Source: Syntrophales bacterium (GTDB lineage: Bacteria; Desulfobacterota; Syntrophia; Syntrophales; UBA2210). From it: DNA of 64,000 nt. The DNA is taken from contig CAXXKT010000002.1 of assembly GCA_963662405.2 (NCBI GenBank), positions 32,001 to 96,000 of the forward strand. The letters run 5' to 3'. Positions within the stretch are counted from its first letter, which is position 1, and each line of letters begins with the position of its first letter. Positions 58,301 to 64,000 of this stretch are shown piece after piece. The notes beneath the pieces are model-generated. The model saw only the letters and a list, made by a program, of their open reading frames with translations, searched no databases and was not told the DNA's origin. Both the position numbers and the translations under genes were made by a program.

Positions 58301-58812
58301 AGGTAGAAGTTACCCTCTCCGAAGATCTCACGGTACTCTTCGGCCACACTCTTTGCACCCTCCCGGTCTCCTTTCAGGAGAAGGTGGGCTATCTCGCCGT
58401 TGAGACACGCGCTCGTGCAGATCAGACCCTCGCTATGGCGGGCCAGCAATTCCTTATCAACGCGAGGCTTGTAATAAAAACCCTCCAGATACCCAGCGGA
58501 GGTCAGCTTCATGAGATTCCGGTACCCATGGGTATCCTTCGCAAGGATGACCAGGTGGCGGTGCCCTTCGTTACGCTCAAAACGGCTTCCGGGAGCCACG
58601 TACAATTCGCATCCGATAATGGGTTTTATACCTGCCGCGTAGGCCTTCTGATAAAAATCGACGGCACCGAACATGTTGCCGTGATCGGTCATGGCGATGG
58701 CGGGCATCTGATACTGTTTCGCCTTCGCGAGGAGATCATCAAGGCGGATCGCACCATCCAGGAGGCTGTATTGTGTGTGCACGTGCAAATGCACGAAATC
58801 GGAGTAGTTCAT
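55360..58812 (-). CDS. dnaE: DNA polymerase III alpha subunit
   Basis: HLHVHTQYSLLDG (PHP), GPGRGSAAGS, SMPDIDTDF, KFDFLGL, YGFNKSH; no intein-size insert. Confidence 0.98.
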   Translation of the reverse strand: MNYSDFVHLHVHTQYSLLDGAIRLDDLLAKAKQYQMPAIAMTDHGNMFGAVDFYQKAYAAGIKPIIGCELYVAPGSRFERNEGHRHLVILAKDTHGYRNLMKLTSAGYLEGFYYKPRVDKELLARHSEGLICTSACLNGEIAHLLLKGDREGAKSVAEEYREIFGEGNFYLEIMENGLEEQKRANEGLIELGKMLSIPLVATNDCHYLNREDAEAHEVLLCIQTGTTMEDDRRMRFSSEEFYLKSPEEMKESFSYCPEAITNTIEIANKCNLRLDLGLQFFLPHYETDAGLSQEDHLAKLAREGLERLIPTITAGVKEAEVEEIIKQYQKRLEMELEIINSMEFPGYFLIVSDFINYAKKKNIPVGPGRGSAAGSLVAYALSITNIDPIRYGLFFERFLNPSRRSMPDIDTDFCMEGRDEIIRYVTEKYGSDQVSQIITFGKMQAKGVVRDVGRALNMPYGEVDTIAKMIPNTLGITLKQALKDEPRLAEEQRKNEKVKRLLSLSQSLEGLNRHASTHAAGVVISDVPLVERVPLYKSPTSDDIVTQYSMNDLQEVGLTKFDFLGLRTLTVIRDALRFIREGKGEKDFSIDTIPLDDKTTYDLLMKGQTDGVFQLESAGMKDILVNMKPDCIEDIIALISLYRPGPMSMVPDFIARKQGRQKIVYEDPRLEDILKETYGIILYQEQVMQIAGVVGGYSMADADNLRRAMSKKKVSAMEKESPKFVAGAKKNKIAETAAKKIWEQMETFAGYGFNKSHSTAYTMISFQTAYLKAHYPVEFMTALLTSEKNNRDNIIKYIASCRDMDIPVLPPDINESFTDFSVVGGNIRFGLSAVKNVGAGAVDSIIASRESGGRFSSFQDFCNRVDLHKINKKVIESLIKCGAFDSLEKNRCRLMEGYDDIATVAQRMHRDRMNGQGNLFDQPKMLDASLPDLPDVPEWDHDILLSYEKDMLGFYITGHPLLQFADRIETIVDGNSQTLMSKRDGTTVSVAGVVSNVREVTTKKKDKMAYVTIEDLKGFMTILVFAELYRDHMSLIHSEAPLHIKGRLDIGEEGAKIVASEINTVEDALKTPFSSVHFMLDADKSTGGTIEDLNDVIERRRGNYPVYIHLVSKSNAETILSLGDATRAEISEDIRREGDKLLGPGATCFM

Positions 58813-58862
58813 ATATCTCTTGTCTCCACAGTTGCTTCAATCCCGCGCAGGAGGTTGCCCTT

Positions 58863-60813
<1,951 letters not shown>

Positions 60814-60828
60814 TACCTGCTCATTTTA

Positions 60829-61272
60829 TTATACACTCTCGAGAATCATGGTCACCGGGCCGTTGTTGACGAGGGACACCTTCATCATGGTGCGAAAGCG
60901 CCCGGTTGCCACCTTTTTGATTGAACGTTGCGTCTTTTGTACAAAATACTCGTAGAGTTCGTCCGCCTCTTCAGGCCCGGCGGCCCCGGTAAAAGAAGGG
61001 CGCCGCCCCTTCCGGCAGTCGGCAAGGAGGGTAAACTGCGATACCACCAGCATTTCCCCCTCAATGTCCAAGAGGGAAAGATTCATCTTGCCGTCCGGAT
61101 CTTCAAATATCCGGAGGTTGACAATCTTATCAGAAAGATAATCGGCATCCCGCTCAGTGTCTCCCCTTGCGACCCCGATGAGCACCATGACCCCCTCCCC
61201 TATCCGGCCGACCGTGTGCCCGTCAACATTTACTTCCGCGGAACTGACCCTCTGAACTACAGCCTTCACCAT
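60829..61272 (-). CDS. dtd: D-aminoacyl-tRNA deacylase
   Basis: AVVQRV, LRIFED, SQFTL, GRRPSF, NNGPVT. Confidence 0.97.
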   Translation of the reverse strand: MVKAVVQRVSSAEVNVDGHTVGRIGEGVMVLIGVARGDTERDADYLSDKIVNLRIFEDPDGKMNLSLLDIEGEMLVVSQFTLLADCRKGRRPSFTGAAGPEEADELYEYFVQKTQRSIKKVATGRFRTMMKVSLVNNGPVTMILESV

Positions 61273-61301
61273 ACCTCCATTATCGGCAATTTGAGATAGT
61301 G

Positions 61302-62621
61302 TTAAGCCATCACTATCTTGTCCCCCGCACCAGTGATTCCTTTTGTCGCATTTCGCGTATCGATTACGAGGCGGGAGTGCCTGACAATCTGTTCAAAATC
61401 GTAGGCCGAGTGGTCCGTGATGATGATAACCGCATCCGCCTCACCGAGGGTCTCCGGGTTGATGGGGATCGATTTCATACGAAAGTCATACTTGCGTGTC
61501 GGTCGGAGCTGTGAGATCCATGGGTCGTTATAGGATACCACGGCACCCCGCTCCAAAAGCATCTTCATCACCATATAACTCGGTGATTCCCTTTCATCAT
61601 CAACATCCTTCTTATACGCCACCCCCAAGACCATGATGTGGCTCCCATTCATGCTTTTCCTCTCCCGGTTCAGGGCCTCAACGGTCTTCTCGATGACATA
61701 CGAGGGCATGGAGACGTTGATCTCTCCTGCAAGATGGATAAAACGAGTCGTAAAATCGTATTCCTTGGCCTTCCAGGAAAGATAAAAGGGATCGATCGGT
61801 ATGCAGTGGCCGCCGAGACCGGGACCCGGGTAGAAGGCGGAATAGCCGAAAGGCTTGGTGGCGGCGGCATCAATAACCTCAAATATGTCAATCCCCATCT
61901 TGTGGGCGAGGACTTTGAGTTCGTTTACAAGTGCGATATTGACCGAACGGTACGTATTTTCAAGTATCTTGACTAATTCGGCGGCTCGGGCCGATGATAC
62001 CGGCACAGAGTGCGTGATGCTGTCATACAACTTCTGCGCGACTTCCCTGCAGGAAGGGGTGACTCCTCCCACGACCTTGGGTGTATTCGAGGCACTGAAG
62101 CTCTTGTTCCCGGGATCTTCCCTCTCCGGCGAGTAGGCAAGAAAGAAATCAGTGCCGACCGCCAATCCGCCTTCTTGCAGGCGGGGAAGGATCATCTCCT
62201 CGGTGGTGCCGGGATAAGTCGTGCTTTCCAGGACAACCAGTTGTCCCGCGTGGAGACGTGTCGCTATGGTTTCCGTTGTTTCGACCAGATACGTGAGATC
62301 AGGTTCCATCTTGTCGGTCAAGGGTGTCGGTACGCAAATGAGGATGCAGTCCGCTTCGCTGAGACGATCGAAATCAACCGTGGCATCAAAACATTTTTTC
62401 TCGATCATCTCCGTTACCGGCTCTATTGGGACATGTTTTATGTATGATTCCCCCTTAAGAAGTCTTTCTATCTTGTTAATATCTAGATCGAAACCGATAA
62501 CACGAAAACCTTTTTTCCCGAAGTGGATGGCAAGGGGGAGACCCACATATCCCAATCCGATAATCCCTACCGTTGCCGTCCGGTTTTCTATCATCTTGAC
62601 GAGTGCCGCTTTCCTGTCCAT
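61302..62621 (-). CDS. Nucleotide-sugar (UDP-GlcNAc/ManNAc-type) dehydrogenase
   Basis: [51 protein letters not shown]. Confidence 0.93.
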   Translation of the reverse strand: MDRKAALVKMIENRTATVGIIGLGYVGLPLAIHFGKKGFRVIGFDLDINKIERLLKGESYIKHVPIEPVTEMIEKKCFDATVDFDRLSEADCILICVPTPLTDKMEPDLTYLVETTETIATRLHAGQLVVLESTTYPGTTEEMILPRLQEGGLAVGTDFFLAYSPEREDPGNKSFSASNTPKVVGGVTPSCREVAQKLYDSITHSVPVSSARAAELVKILENTYRSVNIALVNELKVLAHKMGIDIFEVIDAAATKPFGYSAFYPGPGLGGHCIPIDPFYLSWKAKEYDFTTRFIHLAGEINVSMPSYVIEKTVEALNRERKSMNGSHIMVLGVAYKKDVDDERESPSYMVMKMLLERGAVVSYNDPWISQLRPTRKYDFRMKSIPINPETLGEADAVIIITDHSAYDFEQIVRHSRLVIDTRNATKGITGAGDKIVMA

Positions 62622-62630
62622 CCATTCCCC

Positions 62631-63506
62631 CTATCCTATGCCGTTCAATTCTCTGAGTGCGCGTATCAGTGCCTGTGTTCCCAGTCTGCCGTGTCCCTGG
62701 CCCTTCACGGCGATATACAGCTGCCGAACCAACGAGAGACCGGGAAGTGCGAGATCGGATGCCGCCGCCTCTTCCAGGGCAATCCCCATATCCTTAATAA
62801 AATGTTCTACATAAAACCCGGGGGCGTAGTCCCCGCGTACAATCTTCGGTCCAAGATTGTTGATGAGCCAGGAGCTTGCAGCCCCCGTGCCGATGATCTC
62901 GATAACCGCCTCTTCGTCAAGTCCCTGCCTTGCCGCATAAAGAAGGCTTTCGCACACACCGATCATCGTTCCGGCGACAAGGATCTGATTGCACATTTTT
63001 GTATGCTGACCAGCACCGGGGCCTCCCATGAGAGACACTTTTTCCCCTATCAGTCCGAAGAGGGGAAGCACCTGCTCAAAGGCCGTCTTATCTCCCCCGA
63101 CCATGATGGCGAGGGAGGCCTCCTGGGCACCGAGATCACCGCCCGATACGGGGGCATCAAGACTGGCGATCCCCACCTCTGCGGCTTCCTCAGCGATCCT
63201 TACGGCCAAGCGAGGGCTGCTCGTGGTCATATCAACCACCGTGCGACAGGCGCCTCCGGCGGAAATGATCCCTCCCTCGCCGAGGTACACTTCCTCAACA
63301 TCCCGGGGATGGCCCACAATGGTGAAGACAAAATCCGTTTTACGGGCAACTTCGGCGGGCGTAGCACACCACTGCCCTCCCCTCTCAATAAGCCCTTGAG
63401 ACTTTTCTTTTGTCCGGTTGTAGAGAAAAAGATCGTGCCCGGCATCACGGATATGACCCGCCATTAAACTGCCCATGACGCCTGTACCTATCCATCCGAT
63501 TTTCAT
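62631..63506 (-). CDS. 3-hydroxyisobutyrate dehydrogenase-family NAD(P) oxidoreductase
   Basis: IGWIGTGVMG, DAPVSGG, GAGQHTKMCNQ, FIKDM. Confidence 0.92.
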   Translation of the reverse strand: MKIGWIGTGVMGSLMAGHIRDAGHDLFLYNRTKEKSQGLIERGGQWCATPAEVARKTDFVFTIVGHPRDVEEVYLGEGGIISAGGACRTVVDMTTSSPRLAVRIAEEAAEVGIASLDAPVSGGDLGAQEASLAIMVGGDKTAFEQVLPLFGLIGEKVSLMGGPGAGQHTKMCNQILVAGTMIGVCESLLYAARQGLDEEAVIEIIGTGAASSWLINNLGPKIVRGDYAPGFYVEHFIKDMGIALEEAAASDLALPGLSLVRQLYIAVKGQGHGRLGTQALIRALRELNGIG

Positions 63507-63641
63507 GGTATTACGTTCCTCTGATATGGGAAGTACCCGCTCTGAAATTGATCCCACCATGTATCAGATGCAGTAAAAAACATCAATCTATTTTAAGATC
63601 GTCTTGCTTTTGCTCGGGGTTTCGGCTACGCAACAACGGTT

Positions 63642-64000
63642 ATGAACAAAAGGATTCTCCTCATCAATCCCTGGATACATGATTTCGCGGCCTACGACCT
63701 CTGGGCGACGCCGCTGGGTCTCCTCTCGCTTGCCTCAACATTAAAGAGAAACGGGTATGAGACGACATTGATCGACTGTCTGCGTCCCCTGCACCCCTCC
63801 CTTTACCATCGAATGGGAATCCGCCTACCGAAGCGGTTTTCCAGCGGAAGGGGAAATTTTCTCAAAGAAGAGATCCCGAAACCGGAGACGTTGAAGGATA
63901 TTCCGAGGAGATACAGCCGTTACGGGATACCTCCCGCCCTTTTCGAGGGAAATCTTCGCGCCATACCGCGACCGGATGCCGTCTTTGTCACATCGATGAT
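63642..64000 (+). CDS. Cobalamin-binding radical SAM protein, N-terminal part (truncated by the window)
   Basis: MNKRILLINPWIHDFAAYDLWATPLGLLSLASTL..LIDC; open to the window end. Confidence 0.75.
   Translation, partial: MNKRILLINPWIHDFAAYDLWATPLGLLSLASTLKRNGYETTLIDCLRPLHPSLYHRMGIRLPKRFSSGRGNFLKEEIPKPETLKDIPRRYSRYGIPPALFEGNLRAIPRPDAVFVTSM

Overview
Bacterial chromosome segment; the gene repertoire (iorAB, ADP-forming acyl-CoA ligase, anaerobic beta-oxidation genes, sigma54 regulation) suggests a Desulfobacterota/Syntrophales-like anaerobe (inference). (1) 1-6408 is the AT-rich right end of a genomic island ending at a tRNA-Pro 3' fragment (att site with IHF-like site and arm-like repeats). 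It holds a DUF4062(TIR-like)-TPR gene with 14 near-identical 120-bp repeats, split by a 3057-bp IS1595-family element (25-bp TIRs, 8-bp TSD) carrying five passenger genes including a PIN nuclease pair. (2) 6.5-20.8 kb encodes a PEPCK-like protein, CorA, MscS, a TlpA/CxxC/4Fe-4S module, and a sigma54-driven operon for a lysine 2,3-aminomutase, two Ddl-like ATP-grasp ligases and a GNAT, with a visible -24/-12 promoter and three palindromic enhancer boxes. (3) 20.9-23.1 kb has a frameshifted IS3 next to an integrase-less integron cassette (attI-like site, hydrolase, attC). (4) Housekeeping block recG-hom-apgM-iorAB-yidD-dnaJ-like-acd-hbd. (5) 36.9-52.8 kb is a TetR/ABC/acyl-CoA catabolic module flanked by a ~508-bp direct repeat, one copy broken by a second IS3, with a 4x19-bp tandem operator-like array. 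(6) Nitroreductase, patatin, UPF0280, dnaE, guaB, dtd, nucleotide-sugar dehydrogenase, a beta-hydroxyacid dehydrogenase and a truncated B12-radical SAM gene. No CRISPR array, rRNA or complete tRNA was seen. All calls come from motif recognition without database searches.
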